A stretch of DNA of 64,000 nt, from contig CAWCLO010000006.1 in assembly GCA_963796455.1 (NCBI GenBank), positions 128,001 through 192,000 on the forward strand, given 5' to 3'. Positions within the stretch are counted from its first letter, which is position 1. Each line of letters begins with the position of its first letter. Below are positions 54,098 to 64,000 of this stretch, piece after piece. The stretch comes from Candidatus Sulfomarinibacteraceae bacterium (GTDB lineage Bacteria > Acidobacteriota > Thermoanaerobaculia > Thermoanaerobaculales > Sulfomarinibacteraceae). The notes beneath the pieces are model-generated. The model worked only from the letters and a program-made list of their open reading frames with translations. It ran no database searches and was not told the origin of the DNA. The position numbers and the translations under genes were made by a program.

Positions 54098-54748
54098 TCT
54101 TCCGGCTCTCCCACCAGTTCCCGAAAGAGCCAGACTCGCGCATGGAGCCAATCGTTGTTGACCGTTCGTGGCGAGACCTCGAGGACATGGGCAATCTGCT
54201 CGATCGTCAGACCGCCGAAGAACCGCATGGTCACGACAGCGGCCTGCCGTTGGTCGAGTTCGGCCAGTTTGTCGACCGCTCGGTTGAGCGATAACAACTG
54301 GTCGTAATCGAAGAGTTCACGGCCGGGGCTGGTCAGCGCGGCCGTCAGCGCGACACGCTCCCAGGATCTCCCCCTCTTGACCGCCGCCCGGTCGCGGGCA
54401 TGATTGATCAGGAGGCGTCGCATGACCCGTGCTCCCACGGCCAGGAAGTGGGTCCGCCCCTTCCGACGTGGCGCGGGTCTGATCCACCAGCTTGAGGTAA
54501 GCCTCGTGAACCAATGCAGTCGGCTGCAAGGTGTGGCCCGGATTCTCGCGGCTCATGAACTTGCCCGCGATCCTTCGCATCTCGTCGTAAACATAGGGAA
54601 AGAGATCTTCGGCCGACGGAGAATCGGTGCCGTCGGCCTCGGCGTAGCGTTCGACACAATCCGTAACGATCTTTCGCGTAGCGGCGTTCGTTTCAATTTC
54701 GAACGGCACCAGATTTTCGTCGTCGCGAGATGGTCCAGAGTCCGTCAT
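54094..54748 (-). CDS. ECF-type RNA polymerase sigma factor, kinase-associated type (frameshift near 54465)
   Basis: VYDEMRRIA...HTLQPTALVHEAYLKL, then RTHFLAVGARVMRRLL...RFFGGLT...VSPRTVNNDW. Confidence 0.88.
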
Positions 54749-54992
54749 GGTCTCACCAACAGACCGAATGGTATCAGGTTGCGCCATTTCCTGAAAAACG
54801 GGGCGAGCATAGACGAGGTCTCGGGTGCTCATGAGAACACACCCACCGGACCCCTGAAAATAGCACCTGAGTCGATCGTCGTGCCGTACGCACTGGAAGA
54901 AAAAAGGCATGGCGTAGGTCTCCCTTTCTTTGACGCACGAAAAGGAGGGGAAACACGCAACCTTCGCCGCCGGCGTCAACAGGGGATATGTG

Positions 54993-56939
54993 ATGATCAT
55001 GAATAACGATTTACCGAATATCATCCGTCAACTCTTCTCGCTGTTCGCCGTGTTCACGGCGATGCTCTGCTCTTTCATATCCTCCGCTTCCGAGATCCAC
55101 GATCAGATCCCGGGCGAGAACCCCCAGGCGATCCGGTCGCTCCTCGCTGCCGACCCGGACCTCGTCAACCAACGCGATGAAAACGGCCGGACACCACTCC
55201 ACATCGCCTGTCGAGGCGACCACCCGGAAACCGTCAAGCTCCTGGTCTCGGCGGGGGCCGATGTCAACGCCGCCGACGACTACCAGAGCAGACCGATTCA
55301 CTTCCTCGCCTACCGGAATCTCGTTGCATCGATGCGGGTGTTGCTCGACAACAAGGCCGACATCAACGTGCAGAACCACGGCATGAATACACCCCTCCAC
55401 TATGCGGCGTTGGCCGATCACGAGGCGGCGGCAGCTCTTCTGGTGGCTGCAGGTGCCGGTCTCGAGATCACCGACGACTATGGACGCACCCCATTGATTG
55501 TGTGCGCCAGGGAGGACGGTGGCGCCGGGACCGCCAAGATCCTGCTCGAAGCCGGCGCCGATGTCTCGGCGAAAGACATCCACGATGACGACGCGCTGAT
55601 GCTCGCTGCCTGGCGGGGCAAAAAAGACGTGGTCGATCTCCTGCTCGACGCCGGGGGCGCCGTTCCCAAAAAGGGCCCCGATTCTCGGACCCTCTTCCGG
55701 TACGCAGCAGAAAACGGGCTGACGAGACTATTCAAAAACCTCGTGACGGCCGGGGGAGACCCGGTATTCATTCTTGACAGCGGCGGCACCCTGGCTCATC
55801 TGGCGGCCGCCGGCGGTTCGCTCGAAATCCTCAGGGGACTCGCCGCCCGTGGTTTGGACATCGACGCTCGGGACGACAACGGGTGGACCCCGCTCCACTA
55901 TGCGGCCCGCGACGGACGGGTCGAGTGCGTACGGTGGTTGTGCGGGGAGAAAACCGAGATCGACGCCCGCACCCTTCAAGGCCAGACGGCCTACAACATC
56001 GCTCTCGAACGCGGGATGTCTCAGACTGTGGAGACCTTGAGAGCGGCCGGTGCCGATATGGGGCCCATGCAATTTCCAGAAATTCGGGGGCCTTATCTCG
56101 GTCTGAAACCGCCGGGCGGAACCCCCAGAGTATTTGCCCGGGGAATCGTTTCCTCGGTGTGGAGCCTGCACAGCTCAGTTGCATTTTCTCCCGACGGCCG
56201 CACCGCACTCTGGTCGCCCATGGAGGGTTGGCCGGGTGAGGTCTACTCGAGGAGCAATATCATGATGCTGCGCATGCAAGGCGACCGATGGGCTCCACCC
56301 GAGTGGGCGCCATTCACCAGTGAGGATCGCGGCGATGTGGCCTTTTTCGCGCCGGACGGTAGCCGCATCTATTTCCTTTCGCGCCGAACGCTCCCCGATG
56401 AGGAGCCGTCCCAACGGGAACGGATCTGGTTCGCCGATCGCGCCGGGGACACCTGGGGCCCGGCGCAACTGGTCGACCCGATCGTCAACGACTACCCGCA
56501 GCACTGGCAGTTTTCGGTGGATGCAGCTCATACCATCTATTTCACGGCGGATCTTCCTGAGGGCCGGGGAGGCGGCGATATCTACCGGGCGACCCATGTC
56601 GACGGCAACTGGCAGCAACCGGTGAACCTCGGTTCGAGTATCAACTCCGACAAGGATGAGTCCACTCCGTTCATTGCGCCCGACGGCAGCTATCTCCTGT
56701 TCCAACGCGAGGGAGATCTCTTATTGAGCTTCCGCGCCGAATCCGGCTCGTGGACCACGCCGCAGGGCCTCGGAGCGGAGATCAACTCGACTGATCGAGA
56801 GCTCTGTCCGCTGGCCCCGCCCGACGGGAAATACCTCTTCTTTCTCCGCTATCGCGGCGGACGGACACAGGCCTGGTGGGTCGCCGCCGATTTCATCACC
56901 GACCTGCGGCCGCAGCCTGCGGCCGCGCACGAGGAATAA
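54993..56939 (+). CDS. Secreted ankyrin-repeat plus TolB/PD40 beta-propeller protein
   Basis: Repeated GRTPLH/TPLHYAA; FSPDG, FAPDG, PVNLGSSINS. Confidence 0.88.
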   Translation: MIMNNDLPNIIRQLFSLFAVFTAMLCSFISSASEIHDQIPGENPQAIRSLLAADPDLVNQRDENGRTPLHIACRGDHPETVKLLVSAGADVNAADDYQSRPIHFLAYRNLVASMRVLLDNKADINVQNHGMNTPLHYAALADHEAAAALLVAAGAGLEITDDYGRTPLIVCAREDGGAGTAKILLEAGADVSAKDIHDDDALMLAAWRGKKDVVDLLLDAGGAVPKKGPDSRTLFRYAAENGLTRLFKNLVTAGGDPVFILDSGGTLAHLAAAGGSLEILRGLAARGLDIDARDDNGWTPLHYAARDGRVECVRWLCGEKTEIDARTLQGQTAYNIALERGMSQTVETLRAAGADMGPMQFPEIRGPYLGLKPPGGTPRVFARGIVSSVWSLHSSVAFSPDGRTALWSPMEGWPGEVYSRSNIMMLRMQGDRWAPPEWAPFTSEDRGDVAFFAPDGSRIYFLSRRTLPDEEPSQRERIWFADRAGDTWGPAQLVDPIVNDYPQHWQFSVDAAHTIYFTADLPEGRGGGDIYRATHVDGNWQQPVNLGSSINSDKDESTPFIAPDGSYLLFQREGDLLLSFRAESGSWTTPQGLGAEINSTDRELCPLAPPDGKYLFFLRYRGGRTQAWWVAADFITDLRPQPAAAHEE

Positions 56940-56955
56940 AGCGAGAAACAACTCC

Positions 56956-57393
56956 ATGAAGATCCGGCGCACCATCGAAAAAGAGCTCGGGCCCGGCGAG
57001 ATCTTCGCGCTGATCAATACCCAGGGCCACGGGGACCACACATACGGCAACCAGGTGTTTCGAGATGTCCCGATCATCGCGCACTCGAGCGTTGTGGCGA
57101 CCATCGTCGACGCCGAAGGGCGCCGGGCGCAGACTGCGGCGAAGCTCGAAATGGTCCTTGCCCGTCTGGAGGACCGCCTCGACGGGGTGGAGGCTGACAG
57201 CGCGGGTTCGGAGCAGCTGCAAGCGAAAATCAGGTATTACGAGGCGATGCACCTCGGTCTCACCGACGGATTCGTGCTGACCCCACCGACCCGGCCGACC
57301 TCTGCCGGCGGTTCTTACTCGCCGGCTTCGAGCCGCTTGAGGACCTGGATCGCGTTGTCGAAGGTCGGGTCGATCTCGAGCGCCTTGCGATAG
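56956..57393 (+). pseudogene. Fragment of a metallo-beta-lactamase-fold protein
   Basis: INTQGHGDHTYGNQVF...IIAH resembles the HxHxDH region; N- and C-terminal parts are missing and the 3' end overlaps the opposite gene. Confidence 0.55.
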
Positions 57394-58736
57394 GCCGCAA
57401 TTCCCTTTTCGCGGTCCCCGTTGGAAAGGTAGGACTCACCCAGGCTGTCCCAGGTATTTGCATCATCGGGAAACCGTTGCGTATTGAGTTCGAAGACCGC
57501 AATGGCTGCCGCAACCTCGCCCTCACCCAAAAACTCATAGCCGAGCATGTTGAGGTCGCTGCTCGAGCGAAGTCGGTAGCCCTTTTCTTCGAGGAATCCC
57601 CCGATGTCGGCCGGAGCCGGATCGAGACCGCCACCCTTCAACGCTCCGTATACGGCCTGTCCGATGGGCTGTTGCGGCGGTTCATAGCTCTCACCGAAAA
57701 CGATCGCCTCGATCGTTCGCGCGGGCCCCATGGCGGCACCGGTGTAATTGGAGAGCACGATGATTGTGACCTCGTCTTCAAGGAAGCGCAGAAACATGGC
57801 GCTGACGCCGGCGGTGCCACCGCCATGAAAAATGGCGCGGCGACCATTGCGCTCGCGGATCTGCCATGTGTAGCCATAGTTGTCGAGATTCGGGGTGTAC
57901 ATTTTTGCCTTCGACTCATTGCTGATGAGGGTCTCGCCACGAAGTGCGCGATCGAACTTGAGCAGATCCAGCACCGTCGTCTCGATACCGCCATCCGCAC
58001 AGGCGGGTGGAGCCTGGCAAACGGCTGCGGTGAATTTCCCTGAAAGACCTTTTGTGTAGCCGGTGGCCCGATTCGGCACGACCTCGTCCCAGAAGTTGAT
58101 TCCCGTGGAGGTCATTCCGGTTGGACCGAGAATATTTTTCTGCAGATACTCCTCATACTGCAGGCCGCTGACTTTTTCGATCACCAAACCGAGGACCACG
58201 ACGCCGGAATTTGAGTACGCGAATTCAGACCCGGGCTCATCGAAACGCAGTTCCTGGTCATAGACCAGGGGCAGGAAATCATCGATTTCGCGGAGCCGCG
58301 CCATCTGCGTCCTGAATCCGGGGTGCGCCATGTAGTTCGAGAGTCCCGAGGTGTGCGACAGGAGGTGGTGAATCGTGATCCCATCCCCATAAGGAAACTC
58401 CGGGAGGTACCGGGTGACCGGCGCCTCGAGTTCGACCTTGCCCGCCTCCACGAGCTGCATGATGGCCGTACCGGTCAGGGTCTTGCCGATGGATCCGATG
58501 TTGAAGCGGGTTTCCAGAATATTGGCGACACCATGATCTTTGTTGGCTTCCCCGAAGGCGGCGGCATAGATCACATCGCCCTGTCGTGCCACCAACACAG
58601 TGCCCGAGAACAGGTCGAGCTCCGCGTACTCGCCCATAACTCGATCGATCGACTCGACCACCTCCACAGCCTGTAAACATCCCGCGGCGAAGATCGAGAC
58701 GACGACCAGAACGAAAGAAACCTGCAAACGTTTCAT
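57315..58736 (-). CDS. Serine hydrolase (beta-lactamase family) with C-terminal TPR
   Basis: SIGK (SxxK), LLSHTSG, YSN, HGG; WDSLGESY TPR. Confidence 0.92.
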   Translation of the reverse strand: MKRLQVSFVLVVVSIFAAGCLQAVEVVESIDRVMGEYAELDLFSGTVLVARQGDVIYAAAFGEANKDHGVANILETRFNIGSIGKTLTGTAIMQLVEAGKVELEAPVTRYLPEFPYGDGITIHHLLSHTSGLSNYMAHPGFRTQMARLREIDDFLPLVYDQELRFDEPGSEFAYSNSGVVVLGLVIEKVSGLQYEEYLQKNILGPTGMTSTGINFWDEVVPNRATGYTKGLSGKFTAAVCQAPPACADGGIETTVLDLLKFDRALRGETLISNESKAKMYTPNLDNYGYTWQIRERNGRRAIFHGGGTAGVSAMFLRFLEDEVTIIVLSNYTGAAMGPARTIEAIVFGESYEPPQQPIGQAVYGALKGGGLDPAPADIGGFLEEKGYRLRSSSDLNMLGYEFLGEGEVAAAIAVFELNTQRFPDDANTWDSLGESYLSNGDREKGIAAYRKALEIDPTFDNAIQVLKRLEAGE

Positions 58737-58864
58737 GACAATCCCCCACCATCGTTTGGCGATCATTGTGACTTCAGGTACGAGCCGCACGACGCAAAGG
58801 TTATCGCAGCGCACCGCACCGCTGTAGAATGGCGCCGCGTCGCATGAGCGACGCGGGGGGGAAA

Positions 58865-60992
58865 ATGAAACGACAGCTTCTCTCGATAACCCTGTCCGGT
58901 CTCACGACGATCGCCCTACTGGGTTGCGGTTATGTCGAAGACACCTCGACCGCCATCGCCTATCCGCCAACCGAGCGCGGCGATGTTGTCGACACCTATT
59001 TCGGTGTGGAGGTTGCCGACCCCTATCGGTGGCTCGAGGATCTCGATGGCGAGTCGGTGGCTGCCTGGGTCAAGGCCCAGAACGACATCTCCTTCCCCTT
59101 CCTCGAGGCGATCCCACAACGCGAAGCGATCAAACAACGTCTGACCGAACTGTGGAATTACGAGCGCTATGGGATACCGAAGAAAGAGGGCGCCAGGTAC
59201 TTCTTCGCCCGCAACGACGGCCTCCAGGATCAGAGCGTGCTCTATGTCTCCGAATCCCTCGAAGGTGAGCCCCGGGTCCTGATCGACCCCAATACCTTTT
59301 CCGATGATGCCACGATCGCCCTGTCTTCCTGGGTGCCGAGCCCCGATGGAAAGTGGATCGCCTATTCCACCTCCGACGGCGGAACCGATTGGAAGACCTG
59401 GCACATCCGCAACGTGGACACCGGAGAGGACCTTGCGGACTCGATCAACCGCTGCAAATTCACCGGCGTCTCGTGGTCAAAAAACAGCGGCGGCTTTTTC
59501 TACAGCCGCTACCCGGCCGGCGAGGATGGCAGGGGCGACGGTTCGAAAACCACCTCGGTCTATTTCCACACCAAGGGCACGTCACAGGAAGATGACGAGC
59601 ACATCTACACCATTCCCGGCGGCACGAAAAAGAACCCCTACGCGACGGTCACCGACGATGGCAATTATCTGGTCGTGACCAATCGTTATGGCTATGACGC
59701 CAACGAAGTCTTTTATCTTCGCCTCGGCTCCGGCCAGACCGATCACACAGCCATTTTCGATCAATGGGACGCGCGCTACAACTTTGTCGGCAACGACGGA
59801 GAAACTTTTTTCTTCTGGACCAACAGGGATGCGCCACGGGGACGCGTGATCGCCGTTGATCTTGGAGCAGGAGCAGGCTCCCTCCGTGAGGTCGTGCCCG
59901 AGGCCGAGGAAACTCTGAGCTCGGTCTCCTTTGTCGGCCGACACCTCATCGGACAATACTTGCGGGACGCCCACAGCCTGATCCGGGTTTTTGCAGAGGA
60001 TGGAGCCCTCGTCCGCGAGGCGGCGCTCCCGGGCATGGGCACTGCGCGCGGTTTTTCCGGCCGCGGCGACGACACCGAGACCTTCTTTTCCTACACCGAT
60101 TTCACGACACCGACCGCGATCTTCCGATACACGGTGGACAGCGACGAGAGCAAGCTCTTCGCCCGCTCCCAGCCCCCGGTCGATCTCACCGGTTATGAGG
60201 CCAAACAGGTTTTCTTCGAATCGAAGGACGGCACCCGGGTGCCCATGTTCATCGTCCATCGCAAGGGACTGGCTCTCGACGGGCAGAATCCAACTCTGCT
60301 CTATGGATATGGCGGATTCAACAGCTCGCGAGACTCCGTCCTACCGCTCGACGCGGATGGTGTGGCTCGAGATGGGAGGCGTGCTGGTCATCGCCAACAT
60401 CCGCGGCGGCGGCGAGTACGGCAAGGCTTGGCACGTAGCCGGCACCAAGCTGCAGAAACAGAACGTCTTCGATGACTTCATCGCGGCGGCCGAGTGGCTG
60501 ATCGCCAACGGCTATACCTCGACCCCGAAACTGGCCGTCCAGGGGGGCAGCAATGGCGGCCTCCTGGTCGGCGCCGTCATCACCCAACGTCCTGATCTCT
60601 TTGGTGCGGCGCTGCCTGCCGTCGGGGTGCTCGACATGCTGCGCTACCACCTGCCCAGTGCCAATGCCCGACAGTGGTCGTCGGACTACGGTCTTTCGGA
60701 AAACGAGGACGAGTTCCGGGCACAGCTCGCCTACTCGCCCTATCACAACACGGTCGAGGGCACCTGTTACCCGCCTACACTGATCACCACCGCTGACCAC
60801 GACGACCGGGTGGTTCCGTGGCACAGTTTCAAGTTCGGAGCGGCGCTGCAGAACGCCCAGGCATGCGACAACCCGATCCTGATCCGGGTCGAAACCCGGG
60901 CCGGTCACGGCTCCGGCAAACCCACCTGGATGCAGATCGAGGCGATCGCGGACCAGTGGGCGTTTCTGGCAAAGGCATTGCACCTTGAATAA
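58865..60992 (+). CDS. Prolyl oligopeptidase (S9A), lipoprotein (frameshift near 60330)
   Basis: [48 protein letters not shown]. Confidence 0.92.
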
Positions 60993-61013
60993 TTCAAAGA
61001 TCGGCCGGCGATC

Positions 61014-62148
61014 ATGACTGCGACCGGAAAAAACACCGTCGACTGCCCGCATCGCGTCCCGTGTGGCGCCTGCTCACTGCTGCGAAAGCCCTACCCGGAG
61101 CAGCTCAAACAAAAGCGACGGTGGCTCGGCGAAGCCCTCGACAAAGAACTCACCATTCAGACCGAGCAGGTGCTTCTGACCCTCGAGTCGCCTCTGATCG
61201 AGGGCTATCGAAACCGGGCCAAGATGGCGATCTCCACCGATCGCGACAGGCGATCCAGTCTCGGGTATTTCCAACGGCGCAGCCGGGAGGTGGTGGACGC
61301 ACCCGATTGCGGCGTGCTGGTCCCGGAGTTGCTCCAGACCACCCGGAGTCTCCGCCGCTTGATGAATTCATCCACCCGATTTCCCTTCGTACTCCGGCAT
61401 GTCGACCTCCGCTGCGGCAGCGATCCTCGACAACAGCACCTGACCCTCGTCATCAAGTCGGAGACCCTGCCAAAGATCCCTCTCGAGGCCATCGTGAATG
61501 CCTGCCCCAACGTGGCCGGGATCGCCGTCAACCTCAACCCCAAAGGAGGTCCCCAGGTCATCAAGGGCCGGATTGATCCCCTGTGGGGCGAACGCGAGGT
61601 CTGGGTCCGATCCGCAGGCCTCGAATTGAGAGTCTCCCCAGGTTCGTTTTTCCAGGTGAATCTGGGCCTTTTGGAGAAGATCCACTCGCGGATGGCGGAG
61701 TTTCTCGGAGAAGGCAAACTGCTCTTCGACCTGTACGCCGGTGTCGGAACCCATGCCCTTGCCCTGCGTCAACAGTTCCGGCGCATCCTCTGCGTCGAGG
61801 GCGTCCGCAGCGCAACGGCGGATGCCAAAGCGGCGGTCAAATTGGGCCGGGTGGAAAATGTCGAGATCCTGGCCAATCCGATCCGCCGCGCACTGCACCG
61901 GCTCCGTTCCGAAAAACCCGACGCCGTGATCCTCAACCCTTCCGCTGCCGGCGCCGAAGAATTGGCCCTTGAAATGATCGTCGAGTCAACGGCGACGCTC
62001 GGTGGCCTATCTCTCCTGCGACCCCGAGACCCTTGCCCGCGATCTCGCCATCCTCGTCAAGGGCGGTTTCAAACTGGTCACGGTCCAGGCCGTCGACATG
62101 ATGCCGCAGACCCGGCAGGTGGAATCGCTGACACTCTTGCGTCGCTGA
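61014..62148 (+). CDS. rlmD: 23S rRNA m5U methyltransferase, RlmD/TrmA family (frameshift near 62000)
   Basis: CPH..CGAC Fe-S motif, YRNR, SFFQVN, DLYAGVG; alternate frame continues [12 protein letters not shown]...DMMPQT.VE. Confidence 0.8.
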
Positions 62149-62238
62149 CCACGGCGTCCGTCGGCAAAGCTCCCCGATGACGTTACCGGTAAAAGCCGCC
62201 ATCGGTTGACCGTCACATGAGCCGACGAGAATCGCTGT

Positions 62239-63422
62239 CTATCTCGTGCTCCACGTCCCGCTGCACGAATAAGCCTCGCCCCAGGCGGTGGCCACGTTCT
62301 TGATTTCACCGCTGCCGGTGAGAGCGTTGCCGGAAGCCGATGGGTTGACGTGCCCCGTCATCACGATGGTGTCCATCGATGTGACCGAGATCTCGCCGGC
62401 GGCATTGACCGTTCCCTCCGCGATTCGGGTGAAATTATCGAAGTACAAAAGACCTTCGGCCTTGGGCACTTTGACGGTCAGGTCGAAATTCCCGGTCGTC
62501 GTCACTGCCCCGATCGGCTGGCATTTCCACTGGTAATCACCCTTCAAGGTGTACTCCCCGCTGCCCAAATGACCACTGCCGGTCGATGGTGAAGCCACGG
62601 TGCTCGGCGGTTGGTTCGGAACCACAGGCGGTGGTGGTGGCGGGGCGGTCGTCGGTGGTGACGGCTGCGATTGCGTTTGGCCCGCAGGTGGAGACACCGG
62701 CGCGTCGGTCCCACCGGGCTGTGGATCGCCGATCGTGGCCAACGCCGACTCCAGCTGTCGTCGCAGCTCCGGATCCTTGATCTGACTCATATCGATCTTG
62801 CCCACCATCGATCCCGATTCCTCCGGTTGCGGCGTCGGCACGGGAGTGGGAACGGCCCGGATGGTCGGCGTTGGTGTTGGTGGTGGCGGCGGCGGCTGAT
62901 TCCTCGGCGGGTTTCCCGGAGGGTTCCCAGGAGGGTTCCCAGGAGGGTCCTTCCGGGAGGCAACACGAGAGGAGCCGGCGGCATGGCGCAGCGCAGTTGC
63001 CCCCTGTCGTTGGGCAAACACTGCATGCCGGCGCCACAGATGGCGGTTCCACAGCATTCCGCGGGCGGCACCGCACAGCGCGAGCCACCGGCGCAGTTCA
63101 TGCAGACCATGCCAGCACCGCAGATCGCCGAACCACAGCACACTGCCGGACGAACTGCACAGCGTGAACCACCGGCGCAGTTCATACAGATCATGTTGTC
63201 GCCGCAAACGGCGTCGCCACAACACACCGCTGGCGGCACAGCGCACTCGGGGCCACGCGCACAAACGATGCATTGCATGTTCGGGCCGCAATCGTCGGAG
63301 CCCGGTCGACAGTCGTCTGCCCACAAGACCGTTGGTTGGATCAACGCGTAACCTGAAATGATCAACACACAGACCGCAAACCCGAGAGAGTACCGAGGCC
63401 TCGAGAACGTTTGTTCATTCAT
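62239..63422 (-). CDS. Secreted protein with 25-aa Cys-rich repeats, Pro-rich linkers and a C-terminal beta domain (frameshift near 62950)
   Basis: Signal peptide; three copies of CxxCAxGxxCAVxPAxCCGxAxCGxxM; (PPGN)x3. Confidence 0.65.
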
Positions 63423-63442
63423 CTTCAACTCTCCCCGCCGGA

Positions 63443-64000
63443 TCACGGCGCCGTTCGAAACATGGAGTATCCGCTGTGAGCAAACCAAGGGTCGCTCTTT
63501 TGGCTGCGATCGCAAGCCGCCACTCGCCAAATGTAGTAGATGTTCGCCACCAGCCCATTGGCCTGTGTCAGAGTGTAGTAATCACCCGGGGCCCAGTCGG
63601 CAACCATCGGCGTCCACTGCTGGGTGGCCGCATTCCACCACCAGATCTCGATCCAGAAAGCGAGCGGATCTCCGTCCGGGTCACCGTTGTTCTGCCACGA
63701 AAGCTGGATGGCCCCCTCATATCGCAACGGAAACGGAGATTCCCACCCTCCGGGAGAAACGGTAGGTGCATTCGGAGGTCGATTGACGGCTGGAGGTGCA
63801 ACGGTCGGTTGCGGCGGCGGTGGCGAGACCTGGCCACCGCAGTCGGTGCAGGCGTAGACTCGTGCGTCCTTCCCGACAACAATCGGCTGTCCACCCTCGG
63901 ATACCGACACCCGGGCCGCGCCCTGCGGTGGTCGGTGCCGCCGCCACTGGTTTCCGTCGTGGCTCCAGAGATTGCCGCCCGTGTCGGCCACCCACACGTG
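63443..64000 (-). CDS. C-terminal part of a secreted protein (tectonin-like repeat, Pro linker, FN3-like domain)
   Basis: WVADTGGNLWSHDGNQW...AARVSV; NRPPNAP...LSW...DPDGDPL...YIWRVAACD; starts beyond the window. Confidence 0.65.
   Translation of the reverse strand, partial: HVWVADTGGNLWSHDGNQWRRHRPPQGAARVSVSEGGQPIVVGKDARVYACTDCGGQVSPPPPQPTVAPPAVNRPPNAPTVSPGGWESPFPLRYEGAIQLSWQNNGDPDGDPLAFWIEIWWWNAATQQWTPMVADWAPGDYYTLTQANGLVANIYYIWRVAACDRSQKSDPWFAHSGYSMFRTAP

Noticed and set aside
57315..58736. Antibiotic resistance genes (beta-lactamase here; APH at 47188-48288)
   Set aside because: The motifs fit broad serine-hydrolase and sugar-kinase families; resistance cannot be inferred.

Overview
GC-rich bacterial chromosomal window. 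The gene content (Oar-like TonB receptors, ECF sigma plus Ser/Thr kinase pair, secreted proteins with a 'xFxDGFE' motif, hexamer/heptamer intergenic repeats) suggests Acidobacteriota; this is inference only. In order: (1) 1-9.8 kb, a minus-strand acyl-processing cluster with two acyl-CoA ligases, two alpha/beta hydrolases, two KAS III homologues with non-canonical catalytic residues, a FabG-like SDR, a TonB receptor and a TetR regulator. (2) rnr, a holin-like gene, and tRNA-Leu(CAG) followed by 173-bp tRNA-linked repeats, each full copy carrying a 27-aa antisense ORF with a strong SD. (3) Signalling genes and the mercury-methylation pair hgcAB. The hgcA frame extends upstream through an in-frame TGA directly followed by a SECIS-like hairpin, so HgcA is probably a selenoprotein with a Ser-Sec motif. 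(4) A ~2470-aa surface protein with 1182-bp near-identical repeats behind a sigma-54-type promoter. (5) Assorted metabolic and envelope genes, including a hexaheme cytochrome c and an 18-Cys lipoprotein. At least ten genes are frameshifted, nearly all resolvable cases by one extra base, most likely long-read sequencing error. No CRISPR array, rRNA, integrase or transposase was seen.
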